Shown here piece by piece: positions 28,608-38,973 of a stretch of 64,000 nucleotides of DNA. Source of the DNA: Syntrophales bacterium (GTDB lineage: Bacteria > Desulfobacterota > Syntrophia > Syntrophales > UBA4778); the NCBI GenBank assembly GCA_963665615.2, contig CAXXQE010000008.1:248001-312000 (forward strand), written 5' to 3'. Position 1 is the first letter of the stretch; each line of letters starts with the position of its first letter. Below the pieces are notes generated by a model. The model ran no database searches. It was not told the origin of the DNA and saw only the letters and a list, made by a program, of their open reading frames with translations. The position numbers and the translations under genes are program-made.

Positions 28608-30513
28608 TCACTTAGGCGCAAGCTGCTCCAGTTCGTCCCACCGATGGTAGGCCGCTTCCAGTTCGCCCTCCAGCGCTTCCAGGCGCGCGTTGGTCTCGGC
28701 AACGCGCGCGGGATTCCCCTCCGCATAAAAGGCCGGTGAACTGAGCAGATCGAGAATCTCCGCCCTTTCCTTTTCCATCGCTTCGATCTGCCCGGGAAGC
28801 GCCTCCAGTTCCCCGGCCTCTTTGAAGGAGAGCTTGCGTTTGTCCGAAGGCGTTTTCTCCTTCCGGGGCTTTTCGTTTTTGGGTGGTTTCTGGACAGGCT
28901 TCGTAGATTCCGTTTGAGAAGCGCACTGGCGGAGCCAGTCATCATAGCCTCCGACGTACTCCCCGATGCGGCCATTGCCCTCAAAGACGATCGTCGAGGT
29001 TACGACGTGGTTCAGGAAGGCGCGATCGTGGCTGACGAGCAGGATCGTCCCCGCATAGTCGAGCAGGCGCGTCTCCAGCAGTTCCAGGGTTTCCGTGTCC
29101 AGATCGTTCGTGGGCTCGTCAAGCACCAGGACATTCGACGGCACGCTGAAGAGCTTGGCGAGCAGCAGCCGGTTGCGCTCGCCCCCGGAAAGAGATCGTA
29201 CAGGCGCCAGAATCTGATCGGGTGGAAAGAGGAAATCCTGGAGATAGCCGATCACGTGACGCGGCGCGCCGCCGAAAAAAACAGTATCGTTGCCGTCGGC
29301 GACATTGTCCTTGAGGGTCCGGTCATCGTCGAGTTGCGCGCGGAGCTGGTCGAAGTAGGCAATCCGGGGATTCGTCCCGAGCCGCACCCGACCCTGCTGC
29401 GGGGCCAGTTCGCCCAGCAGGATCCTGAGCAGCGTCGTCTTTCCCGCCCCGTTCGGTCCGATGATACCGACCCGATCGCCGCGCAGGATCGTGGTCGAAA
29501 AGTTCTCGACGATTTTCCGGTCGCCATACGCGAAAGAGACGTTTTCCGCATCGACAACGAGCCGCCCGCTGCGCTCCGCCTCCTGGATGGCAATCCGCGC
29601 GGTACCGCTCCGCTCCCGTCGCGCATCGCGCTCTTCGCGGAGCCTCATCAGGGCGCGCACCCGGCCCTCGTTGCGCGTCCGGCGCGCCTTGATCCCCTGC
29701 CGGATCCAGGCCTCTTCCTTGGCGAGCTTTTTGTCGAAATCCCCCCAGGCATTTTCCTCGGCATCGAGCAAGGCCTGACGTCGCTCCAGATAGGTCGCAT
29801 AGTCGCACTCAAAGGATAAGAGCCGCCCCCGGTCGATCTCGACGATACGCGTCGCGATACGTTGCAGGAACGCGCGGTCGTGCGTCACGAAGAGCAGGGT
29901 CTTGTTGAATTTGAGCAGAAAGTCTTCCAGCCAGAGGATCGAGGCGATATCGAGATGGTTGGTGGGTTCGTCGAGCAGGAGCAGATCCGGCTCGTCGGCC
30001 AGGGCCCGCGCCAGAAAGACCCGACGTTTCATCCCGGCTGAAAGGGACTGGAAAGACGCCTCCGCATCGAGGCTGCACCAGTCGATCGCGGTCTCGACAC
30101 GCTGATGGAAGTGCCATGCGCCGGCCGCCTCCAGCTCATGCTGAACCTGTTCGAGTTCCTTCAGGTAGGCTGTCCCGCAATGATGAGCAACCTGCATGGA
30201 GAGGTCATGGTATTTCCGTAGGAGTTCCAGATGGGCCTGTCCTCCGGACGCCACGATGTCATAGACCGTTCCCGGCAGATTGTCCGGAACCTCCTGCGGC
30301 AGCAGGGCCACGCGCACTGCGCCCGGACGGACGATCTCCGCCCTGATCGGGCGGGATGTCGCCATGCAGGAGCTTCATGAAGGTGGACTTTCCCGACCCG
30401 TTGCGGCCAAGCAGCCCGATCCGTTCACCCTCCTCGATCCGCAGCGTCGCGCCGTCGAGCAGCAGCGGCCCGCCGAAGCTCAGGGAGATGTTATTTAACC
30501 AGATAAGCGGCAT
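28608..30513 (-). pseudogene. uup: ABC-F ATPase Uup with a +1 frameshift at ~30339 (true pseudogene or sequence error)
   Basis: N-terminus MPLIWLNNISL...GRNGSGKST...DIPPDQG is in one frame; the continuation EIVRPG...LSAGMKRR...EEAWIRQGIKARRTRNEGRVR is in another. Junction reads CAG GGC [G] GAG ATC. Confidence 0.85.
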
Positions 30514-30523
30514 ATAGACACAT

Positions 30524-30646
30524 AAGGCTGCATAAAAAGATTCATCTGCGTTGTTGCACTCGGGGCCGTGGTGCTCACGTATTAACTTATACGCTCCGCG
30601 CCCCGGTCCTCGCGCGCCTAGCATCTAAACCTTTTTATGCAGCCTT
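30524..30646. repeat. MITE-like element with 16-bp terminal inverted repeats
   Basis: AAGGCTGCATAAAAAG ... CTTTTTATGCAGCCTT; no ORF; a shorter, possibly related element lies at 2113-2172. Confidence 0.7.
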
Positions 30647-30858
30647 TCCCTAACCTGTTGAAATAGCAAAGCAGGTATATTTTCTTTAACTTGGAGTCTT
30701 TGCGTTCGTCCTGAAGTCGACTCAGCGGAAAACGAAAGCCACACAGCCAACTCGATCTCGATAACGTTTCTCGACATCAGATTGCTTCACTTCATTTGCA
30801 ACGACGCATGTCGGTTGTGACTATATAAGATGAGAAGGGGCTGGTGTCAATGAGGGAT

Positions 30859-30903
30859 GTGTTTTAGGATGTTCCGAAGCTTCATCGGAACATCCTAAAA
30901 CAC
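30859..30903. terminator. Perfect 19-bp-stem hairpin downstream of the propeller lipoprotein gene
   Basis: GTGTTTTAGGATGTTCCGA-agcttca-TCGGAACATCCTAAAACAC. Confidence 0.65.
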
Positions 30904-30925
30904 GGTTACAGATATGACGGCTACT

Positions 30926-32464
30926 TCATTGTTGTACACCGTTAGCGTCAAATTTCAGCAAGGTGGCTAACGTGGTGTCGGATTGACCCGAGCCGACCAT
31001 GTATATGTAATTGTCTGTACCATATACCAGCCCGTAAGCTTGGGAGACTGGCACAATGATAGCCCCGGTAGCGGACTTGCTCCACTGTAGATTTCCAGAA
31101 ACATCGTATTTGGCCAATGAGTGCGTAGTCCCCGTCACAAAGATATCTTCCGCAGGACTGATGGCAATGGCGGACACTGCATAATATCCCGGCGCCTGCT
31201 TCCAAAGCTGATTTCCTGAAGAGTCATATTTCGCCAAAAATGCCATATCAATGTCAGCCCCTCCGCCAACATAGATGTTCCCGGAGGGCGCGACTGAGAC
31301 GGCCCACCCATAATAGTTTTGTAAGTTGGCACCAAGTGTCTGAGACCAGAGTTTCATGCCGGAAGCATTAACCTTGGCAATGAACATCCTCGACCAACCC
31401 GGAGAAGGATTGGCAAGACCGTCAAAGGTATCACTACCCGTATAGCCTGTGAAATAGATGTTGCCGCTGGCGTCCAATGCGATCCCCTGAACAACATCAT
31501 CACCACCACCGCCGAGGATTACGCTCCACAGGTAATTCCCGTTACTGTCATATTTTGCCAGAAATGCGTCTTTTGCGCCTGCCGAGGCTATCCCGAACAA
31601 ACTCCCGCTGAAATAGCCCGTTGCATACACGTTTCCGCTTGAGTCAACTGCAACGCCGTTGACGGATACGTCCGTGAGATCCTGCCCGATGTATTTAATC
31701 CACGTTTTATTTCCATCAGCATCGTATTTGGCTACATAACCAACTGGACCATTGCTAAAGGATTCCGATGTACCAATAATGTTGCCAGTCGTTGACCCCG
31801 CGAAATATATATTGCCGCTTGCATCCGTAAAAACTGTCTTTGCTCTAGCGCCTAACGACGATAAGACGACTGATCCCAGGCTAACCCCGTTGGTCGTGAA
31901 TTTTCTGACGAAAGCATTGAAATAAGCGTTTCCTTGTCCATCGAGCGCATCATGGGTTGTCCCCGCGACAAGGAGCGTCCCGTCCGGCGCCATCGTGACT
32001 GCGTATGCCTGCGAAAGCTCGCCCCAGCTTACCGGAAACGTCGGTGCATTCCGCGTAAAGGTGAGGTTCATCGAATTGGACGTGTGCCCGGCGGCATCGG
32101 TCAGTGTGCAGGGGATTGTGATCGCCCCGATCGACGCACCGATATAAGTAAATTGAATGGTGCCTGTGCCTGTCCCTGAGGTCATGCCTGCGAAACCGGA
32201 GCCCAGTGGGATATTCACGGTCTGGCCGTCGATCGTCGCGTTTAATGAACCGCCGTTGAGATTCCCCCCGCTGTCGGAGAAATTGAAGGTAAAAGTGACC
32301 TGGACATCCGTTGTGCCGGCGACCGCATTATCAGGCGATATCGAGATGGAATTAAGGGTCGGTGCAGGATCGGACGGTGCCGAACCGCCACCACCTCCAC
32401 CACCGCACGCAACGACCGTTATCGCTGCCAGGAAAATAACAAGAACTGTAAGAATTCGTTTCAT
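30926..32464 (-). CDS. Lipoprotein with an Ig-like domain and SBBP-type beta-propeller repeats
   Basis: Lipobox VVAC plus poly-Gly; repeated (V/L)D.SGN(I/V)Y..G...F(L/V)AKYD..GN..W. Confidence 0.85.
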   Translation of the reverse strand: MKRILTVLVIFLAAITVVACGGGGGGGSAPSDPAPTLNSISISPDNAVAGTTDVQVTFTFNFSDSGGNLNGGSLNATIDGQTVNIPLGSGFAGMTSGTGTGTIQFTYIGASIGAITIPCTLTDAAGHTSNSMNLTFTRNAPTFPVSWGELSQAYAVTMAPDGTLLVAGTTHDALDGQGNAYFNAFVRKFTTNGVSLGSVVLSSLGARAKTVFTDASGNIYFAGSTTGNIIGTSESFSNGPVGYVAKYDADGNKTWIKYIGQDLTDVSVNGVAVDSSGNVYATGYFSGSLFGIASAGAKDAFLAKYDSNGNYLWSVILGGGGDDVVQGIALDASGNIYFTGYTGSDTFDGLANPSPGWSRMFIAKVNASGMKLWSQTLGANLQNYYGWAVSVAPSGNIYVGGGADIDMAFLAKYDSSGNQLWKQAPGYYAVSAIAISPAEDIFVTGTTHSLAKYDVSGNLQWSKSATGAIIVPVSQAYGLVYGTDNYIYMVGSGQSDTTLATLLKFDANGVQQ

Positions 32465-32744
32465 TACTATCGCCTCCTGATTGCTGGAACCAGCTTTTGC
32501 AACTCATTAATTTTAAATTAAGTTACACCCCCCCCCCTGGTTGCACGGAAGAATCCATTGACAACAGTGCTGTAAAAAAACTGTTAAGTAGTTATCTTGA
32601 AGCATTCTAAATGTCAAACCATTATTGTCAGAAACAATGAAATAATAAGGCAGGATGTATTGTTAACGAATTCGGAGAATTTTAGATAATTTCAAATAGT
32701 GAAATGGTGTCGATAGCATGTTATGTTTTGGAGGCCGAATTTTT

Positions 32745-32781
32745 AAACCGAAGGGACACCCCATGGATGCCCCTTCGGTTT
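32745..32781 (-). terminator. Hairpin at the uvrC stop codon
   Basis: AAACCGAAGGG...CCCTTCGGTTT. Confidence 0.55.
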
Positions 32782-34642
32782 AAATTCTAAAGAAATCGAC
32801 GATCGCTTGCGCCAAATCCGGGCCGATGCCGTCGGCCTGCTGGAGCTCTTCGATAGAGGCCTGGCGGATGGCGTCGATACCCTTGAAGCGGGCGAGCAGG
32901 GCTTTTTTCTTGGCCGAGCCGATGCCGGGGATATCGTCGAGGACCGAGCGGAAGTCGCTCTTCTCCTTGAGCTTGCGGTGATAGGTTACGGCAAAACGAT
33001 GCGCCTCATCGCGCACCCGTTGCAGGAGAAAGAGTTCGCGGGGATGGCGGGAGAGATAGATGGGGTCTTTGCGGCCGGGCAGATAGACACGGTCTTCGCC
33101 TTTCTGCAGACGCCCCTTGGGCTTCTTCATCGGCGCGGCGTCACGCTCCTCCTTGGCAATGCCGATGACGTCGAGGTCGGCGATGCCCAGTTCTTTCAGG
33201 ACTGCCATCGCGATCCCGAGCTGCCCCTTGCCGCCGTCCACCATGAGGAGGTCAGGCAGCGCCTCCTTCCCCGCATAGCGACGCTTCAAAACCTCGTACA
33301 TCATCCCGTAGTCGTCCATGCCTGCCACTGTTTGAATCCGGAAGCGGCGATAGTGTGCCTTGTCCGGGAGCCCCCCCGCGAAGGACACCATGGACCCGAC
33401 GGCATACTCTCCGCCGATATTGGAAATGTCGAAGCACTCGATCCGCTCCGGGAGGCTCTTTAAGTGCAGATGCCGAGCCAGCAGCCGCAGGCTGTCCTCG
33501 CGGTTGTCGCGCGCCAGTTGATCGGTGCGAAAGGCGTTCTCTGCGTTCTGTATGGCCATGTCGAGCAATCCCTTGCGGTCGCCGCGCTGGGGCGTCTCGA
33601 TCGCAACGCGGCCGCCCTTTTTATCCGCCAGCCACTCCTCGATGACCTCCCGGTCTTCGATTGCCTCGCCGACGAGAATCTCCTCGGGGATCAGCGATTC
33701 CTCGCCGTAGTATTGTTTGAGCACGGCGGAGAGGATTTCGTCGGACCCCAGATCGAACCGGATGGGCGGGAGCTTCTTGCTCCCCAGTACCTTTCCCTGT
33801 CGCACGAAGAGGATGCAGATCTGAGTGAGATTCCCTTCGCGGTAGAGGCCGAAGACGTCCTGATTCTTCGACGACAGCGTCATGATTTTCTGTTTTTCAA
33901 GTGTGGCCTCGATGGCGGCGATCATGTCGCGCAGACGCGCCGCCTCCTCGAAACGCCAGGCCTGCGCCGCTGCGGCCATCCGCGCCTTCAGGTTGACAAC
34001 CAGGCGCTTCTCATGCCCCTCGACGAACGAGACGGCGTCGTCAACCAGTTCGCGGTAAGCGGCCTCGCCGATAAGACCGCAGCAGGGCCCCAGACAGCGC
34101 TTGATCTCATATTCGATGCAGGGGCGGCGACGCGACCTGAATTCGAGGGGTTTGCAGGTACGCAGCGGAAAAATCTGATGGACGAACTGCAGCGTCTCGC
34201 GCATGGCCATGCTGGAGGCGAAGGGGCCGAAGTAGGACGCGCCATCCTTTTTGGGACGCCGCACCAGTTCGAAACGCGGGAAGGGATCGCGCAGGTCGAT
34301 CCGGAGGCTCAGGTAATCCTTGTCGTCGCGGAAGAAGACGTTATAGCGGGGCCGGTGTTCCTTGATCAGGTTGTTTTCAAGGATAAGCGCCTCTTTCTCG
34401 GTCGCGGTGACGATGAAATCGATATCCGCGATCTTCGGCACGAGAAAGGGGATCATAGGTCGCGTGTCCTTCATCCCGAAGTACGACCGGATGCGGTTGC
34501 GCAGATCCTTGGCCTTGCCGACATACAGAATCTTCTCCTGTTTGTCTTTCATCAGATACACGCCCGGCAGCCGCGGCGCGTTGGTTATCTTGGCTTGCAG
34601 CTTGTCCGGTTCGGTTTTTATGTCAGGCGAATTGTCTTCCAT
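32780..34642 (-). CDS. uvrC: Excinuclease ABC subunit C
   Basis: PGVYLMK..LYVGKAKDLRNR GIY-YIG domain; IECFDISN, DGGKGQL, RDEAHRFA and HhH tail. Confidence 0.97.
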   Translation of the reverse strand: MEDNSPDIKTEPDKLQAKITNAPRLPGVYLMKDKQEKILYVGKAKDLRNRIRSYFGMKDTRPMIPFLVPKIADIDFIVTATEKEALILENNLIKEHRPRYNVFFRDDKDYLSLRIDLRDPFPRFELVRRPKKDGASYFGPFASSMAMRETLQFVHQIFPLRTCKPLEFRSRRRPCIEYEIKRCLGPCCGLIGEAAYRELVDDAVSFVEGHEKRLVVNLKARMAAAAQAWRFEEAARLRDMIAAIEATLEKQKIMTLSSKNQDVFGLYREGNLTQICILFVRQGKVLGSKKLPPIRFDLGSDEILSAVLKQYYGEESLIPEEILVGEAIEDREVIEEWLADKKGGRVAIETPQRGDRKGLLDMAIQNAENAFRTDQLARDNREDSLRLLARHLHLKSLPERIECFDISNIGGEYAVGSMVSFAGGLPDKAHYRRFRIQTVAGMDDYGMMYEVLKRRYAGKEALPDLLMVDGGKGQLGIAMAVLKELGIADLDVIGIAKEERDAAPMKKPKGRLQKGEDRVYLPGRKDPIYLSRHPRELFLLQRVRDEAHRFAVTYHRKLKEKSDFRSVLDDIPGIGSAKKKALLARFKGIDAIRQASIEELQQADGIGPDLAQAIVDFFRI

Positions 34643-34719
34643 ATCATTTTTATAGTCTGGCGGGACAAATCTCATCCGGCGATAGGACGTATTGGAAACA
34701 CGCACGCTGCCTTGATATA

Positions 34720-35172
34720 TCAGGCTTTACAAGCCAGCCCCTCTTCGAGTTCCTGTAGGCGCTTTCGAGCAGCTCGCTCCTTCTGGAAACGATCCGTAAT
34801 GTCACGCGCATGTGCAAGCGCGCCCAGAACGTCACCCTCTGCATCCAGAACAATGGAAAAGGTGAGTTCAACATAGATCTGCGTCCCGTCCGCTCTCAAT
34901 GCCCTGGTCGGCAGGGCTTGACCGGCATACCTGGTTCTGCGCTCTGCAAGCGCGCGCTCAAAACCGCGCCGATGGGCGTCGCGAAAACGCTCCGGAATGA
35001 TAATCTCCTGAGTCTTCCCGAGGGCATCACTTGCGGAAAAACCGAAAATCCTCTCCGCCGCCGCATTCCAAACACAAATTGTGCCCGCCGTGTCGGCAAA
35101 TACAATAGCGTCCGGGGATTGGTCGATCAACAATTCAGCAAGAGGGGGCATTTGTGTCACGCTATTTTTCAT
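34720..35172 (-). CDS. Stand-alone PAS domain protein
   Basis: DAIVFAD..G.I..WNAAAERIFG, IIPERFRDAH and RDITDR motifs. Confidence 0.85.
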   Translation of the reverse strand: MKNSVTQMPPLAELLIDQSPDAIVFADTAGTICVWNAAAERIFGFSASDALGKTQEIIIPERFRDAHRRGFERALAERRTRYAGQALPTRALRADGTQIYVELTFSIVLDAEGDVLGALAHARDITDRFQKERAARKRLQELEEGLACKA

Positions 35173-35354
35173 TCCTTTTCCACACAATGTTCACAGTGGG
35201 TTCTGTTCCTCCAGCCTTGGCGGCGCATGGCCGCTGCTCACACAAGGATCCCTCACCCTGTTGCCGTGTCACGATAGCACTATAACATCATAACGGCAAC
35301 ACCCTGCCGGAATCCATTGCAAATACTTGAGCATCAGGGGAAAGGAATTCTTTT

Positions 35355-36563
35355 TTACACGGTCGCGCCCCATTTCAAGGCATTGGCATTGATGCTCAAC
35401 TGCCGGTCAGGGCGGATAAGCTCCATGCCGGAGCGAACAAAGGGATGAAAGTGCAGGGTGGCCCTTTTCAGGACAGGGTGCAGTCGGGGATAGAGCCGGG
35501 CCATGTCCGATTTGGAGATGGCGCTGAAGGCGAAGGCAATCGTCAGGGATTCGAAGGCCTCCGCCAGAGGAAGGGTGACCGGGTGCAATTCCCCCTTGGG
35601 AAGATTTTCGATCGTTTCGAGATTCGAACACGACAGGCTCATCGATTTCGAAACGCGCAGATACAGGTCGGGATTGATCTTGAAGGCCGGGACAGTCCAG
35701 CTAAAGGGAATATCCTCCCAGCCGGAGGCGATCACCTTGGGAAGGTTCAGCACCCGCACCGCGTCGGCGTATGATTTGACAGTTCCCTCCATCTCGACCT
35801 CAAAGTGCCAGAAAGGCAAGTAAAACACTCCTTCTTCCTTTGCAGCGTCATGGCAGGAAGGAACCTGCTCCCAGGCGTCTCTTCTCGAAAAATCCCAGGA
35901 CGAGCCGCAATTGCGGCAGCAGAGAACGACGCTCAACGGATCGCCTTCCAGATCCCACCCGCAGTCCGGGCAAAGGGAGGGAATGAACGTGACGTGCTCT
36001 ACAGGTGCTTCGGCATGACTTTGGAGTTGTTCGGCATCGGCCTCGGAAAGAGGCGCGAGTCGCTCTCGCAAGATCCCGTCCCAGACGGCCCTGTCGCTGA
36101 TATAGAGCGGCGCATAGACGATCGTTGTCCGTTCGCCGACATAGATGCGGTCTCCGGCTGCTGCGTCTCGTCCAGGAGGCCGCTTCCAGTTGTCGGAGGG
36201 CTCGATAAAGCCTCCGGTCGTCTCGGACGTCACGAATTTCAATTTGAGCGTGTCGGCGCGCAATCCAAGTGAAGAGGGCAGCATGGGATAAGGCAGCAGG
36301 CAGCGGCTTAAGTCAGTCAGACCGGAGGCAACCGTTTGCCCGGAAAAGAGAAAGTACATTCCCTTGAATCGCTGGTAGGGCACATAAATAAGCGGCTCGG
36401 GACCGGGCGTGGCCGGCAGCATATACCGGAAGCACGTATCGGTTGTGATCAGGAGCCTCACCCGGCAAAAGGGGCAGGTGAAGAGGCGCTGCGCTTCCAA
36501 CAGATCCACTGTCCCGCCGCATTGTGGGCACCGATGCTCGACTTGCCACGCGGTTAGTTCCAT
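35355..36563 (-). CDS. Zinc-ribbon hypothetical protein (YdjG-like)
   Basis: CPQCG..CPFC and CPDCG..CRNC pairs; YVPY and YLPFW motifs; TAATG-coupled to the SPFH gene. Confidence 0.7.
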   Translation of the reverse strand: MELTAWQVEHRCPQCGGTVDLLEAQRLFTCPFCRVRLLITTDTCFRYMLPATPGPEPLIYVPYQRFKGMYFLFSGQTVASGLTDLSRCLLPYPMLPSSLGLRADTLKLKFVTSETTGGFIEPSDNWKRPPGRDAAAGDRIYVGERTTIVYAPLYISDRAVWDGILRERLAPLSEADAEQLQSHAEAPVEHVTFIPSLCPDCGWDLEGDPLSVVLCCRNCGSSWDFSRRDAWEQVPSCHDAAKEEGVFYLPFWHFEVEMEGTVKSYADAVRVLNLPKVIASGWEDIPFSWTVPAFKINPDLYLRVSKSMSLSCSNLETIENLPKGELHPVTLPLAEAFESLTIAFAFSAISKSDMARLYPRLHPVLKRATLHFHPFVRSGMELIRPDRQLSINANALKWGATV

Positions 36564-37675
36564 TATAGCTTTTCGCCGCAATGGTTACAGAAGGTCGCAT
36601 TCGACAGATTTTCGATCTTGCAGGACTTGCAAAACCGCATTTCCGGTTGAGCCTCAACGGGCTTGCCGCAACTGGAGCAGAATCTGGCCCCCGCCGGGAG
36701 ATTTTTCCCGCAGGAGGAACATTTCTGCACAACAACGATCTGGTGTCCGCAATGGGAGCAAAATCGCGAATCGGCGGCGACACTCTGTTTGCAATCAGGG
36801 CAGATAATGGCAGGGGCACTCCCGCCCGACGGCCTGATCGTGTCTGCGAACACGGCGGGCATCATGAGGCCCATTCCCATTCCGAGGCCGCCCCCCATAT
36901 CGCTCTTCGACTCGGCGGCCTTTTCCAGGGCCATCGCCGTTTTCATCTTCATCAGTTGATCGAGATCATCGAAAACACCGAGTCGGCTCTTGTCGTCGAT
37001 GGCCTTCTGCACCTCGGGCGGCGGCGTGATGGCGTTGATGATAAGCTGGGTTAATCCCAATCCGAACCGGCTGAAATCATCGGCCAGTCGCTGCTCGAGC
37101 GCTTCGGCGAACTTGTCATATTGGCCGGGCAGGTTGAGGATCGTGTCGAGATGTTCCCCCATGTAGTCGTTGAAGCGGGAAACGATGAGCCGGCTCAGGT
37201 ACTCCCCGATCTGATCGGTCGAAAAGATGCCCTGGGTCCCCACCAGACTGTTGATGAAGAGAACCGGCTGAACCACCCTGACGTTGAAGACACCGAAGGC
37301 CCGCAGACGGATAAGGCCGAGCTCCGAATCTTTGAAGGCGACGGGATCTCTCGTCCCCCAGGTCAGGTTGGGGAAGACCTTCATGTTCACCATATAGACC
37401 TCTGCCCGCAAGGGGCTGGTCATTCCCCAAGGAAAACTCAAAATCTTGTTCAGAATGGGAATATTGGCCGTAATCAGCGTGTGCCGCCCCGGCCCGAAGG
37501 CATCATAAGCCTTGCCGTTGTAAAAAAATACAGCGGCCTGACTTTCCCGGACAATAAGTTGAGCGCCATACTTGATTTCTCCCGAACCTTCTTCCGGAAT
37601 ACGATGCGCGACCTGGCTGCCCGATTCGTCAAACCATTCGATGACCTCTAAAAAGATCAGATTATCCGTCCCCAT
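36563..37675 (-). CDS. SPFH/band-7-like (YdjI-type) protein with C-terminal zinc ribbons
   Basis: GAQLIVRESQAAVF, GPGRHTL.T.NIP, WGT..P...D, LRAFG; six CxxC pairs at the C-terminus. Confidence 0.85.
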   Translation of the reverse strand: MGTDNLIFLEVIEWFDESGSQVAHRIPEEGSGEIKYGAQLIVRESQAAVFFYNGKAYDAFGPGRHTLITANIPILNKILSFPWGMTSPLRAEVYMVNMKVFPNLTWGTRDPVAFKDSELGLIRLRAFGVFNVRVVQPVLFINSLVGTQGIFSTDQIGEYLSRLIVSRFNDYMGEHLDTILNLPGQYDKFAEALEQRLADDFSRFGLGLTQLIINAITPPPEVQKAIDDKSRLGVFDDLDQLMKMKTAMALEKAAESKSDMGGGLGMGMGLMMPAVFADTIRPSGGSAPAIICPDCKQSVAADSRFCSHCGHQIVVVQKCSSCGKNLPAGARFCSSCGKPVEAQPEMRFCKSCKIENLSNATFCNHCGEKL

Positions 37676-37945
37676 TTATCTTCCTCCCCTTTGTCGTCCG
37701 AAAAGATCGGTTCATTATGATCGATCATGCATCCTCTTATCGGAAGAATCGGGAGCAAGGTTGAGCAAAGTGCCGTCCTCGGCCTTGTTCATTTAACTTT
37801 TGAAAAACACAATGCATTTAAATGTCTCCCGCACGGTGCCGGAGGGGAATGCGCTCGCTGAAGAATTGAAGATCAAATCTTGCTGAATACCATCTCAACT
37901 TGTGGTACAGCTTACCCGGAAAGGGAAATCAGGCATAAAGAGATA

Positions 37946-38773
37946 ATGAACCATACGATCATACCGTTGTACAACGGTCAGTTTTCAGTTAGATACGGCA
38001 GCCAGAAGCCCATCCCGTCCATTCTCAATATCCCGACTTTTTGCTTTCTCGTCGTCGATGGACAAGGACATCCTGTCCTGGTGGACACCGGATTCGGCAG
38101 CCATTACCTGCCCGGCGTCGATTCGGAATATCGACGCGAAAGTGACAAGGAACTGGATCATGCTATCCGGAAATCCGGTTTCTTACCCGACGATATCGAC
38201 ACGGTCATCCTGACCCATCTTCATTGGGATCACACCGGCGACATGGCCTTGTTCCGCTCCGCCCGCTTTCTCGTTCAGGCACGAGAACTGGAGTACGTTG
38301 CGAAGATACGTCCTCGCACATTTGATGAATGCGCATTTTGGCCTTTCCAGTGGCTGGACCTGCTGCCTCGCTTTGAGTTGCTGCATGGCAATACGGAAAT
38401 AAAACCCGGCCTTCAAGTCATCTGGACAGGGGACCATACCGCGGGTCATCAGGTCGTGAAGATTCAGACCAGCGCCGGGGACGTGATCCTAGCGGGAGAT
38501 GCGCCGTTCAACTACGCTTACCTGCAGAAGGACGTTCCGGAGGAATTCTGGGAAGCTTGCAAGCTGGAAGGGGGCAAAGATCTTCTCTGGCCGAGCGACG
38601 TACGTCCACTAATTCGTCAATTCCTCAAACAATATAGTCAGCTGCCCCATCAGGCCAATCCGGACAAACAACCGGCGGCAGAGCTTAAATCTCAATACCG
38701 GCATTTTTTCACGTCGCATGATCCAAGGCTGCGGAAGATAAAATCCATCCCCGGCAAAGAGGGCATGCCCTGA
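37946..38773 (+). CDS. MBL-fold metallohydrolase (N-acyl homoserine lactonase-like)
   Basis: VLVDTG, THLHWDHTG, HTAGHQ and LAGDA motifs. Confidence 0.85.
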   Translation: MNHTIIPLYNGQFSVRYGSQKPIPSILNIPTFCFLVVDGQGHPVLVDTGFGSHYLPGVDSEYRRESDKELDHAIRKSGFLPDDIDTVILTHLHWDHTGDMALFRSARFLVQARELEYVAKIRPRTFDECAFWPFQWLDLLPRFELLHGNTEIKPGLQVIWTGDHTAGHQVVKIQTSAGDVILAGDAPFNYAYLQKDVPEEFWEACKLEGGKDLLWPSDVRPLIRQFLKQYSQLPHQANPDKQPAAELKSQYRHFFTSHDPRLRKIKSIPGKEGMP

Positions 38774-38973
38774 CGGCTATTTGCGCTTCGCCGAAAAAAC
38801 GATTGGCCTCTCAGCCTGAAAGCCGGTCTTCTTCAAGATCAGACAGCGCAGCGCCCCGACGAATTTAGTCATTCACTTGATGAATTGTCGCCAACGATTC
38901 GTCATATTTCGTATAGGTCAGGGTGCATCAAGTCCTTTTCGGTTGATCCTTATTGCATCCTTTCCAATGAGGC

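Noticed and set aside
30330..30350. Programmed frameshift in uup
   Set aside because: No slippery heptamer or recognised +1 shift site; mutation or sequencing error is simpler.
32485..32501. Sigma54 promoter TGGAAC...TTGCA
   Set aside because: GG-to-GC spacing is 11 rather than 10, and it points away from the adjacent gene.
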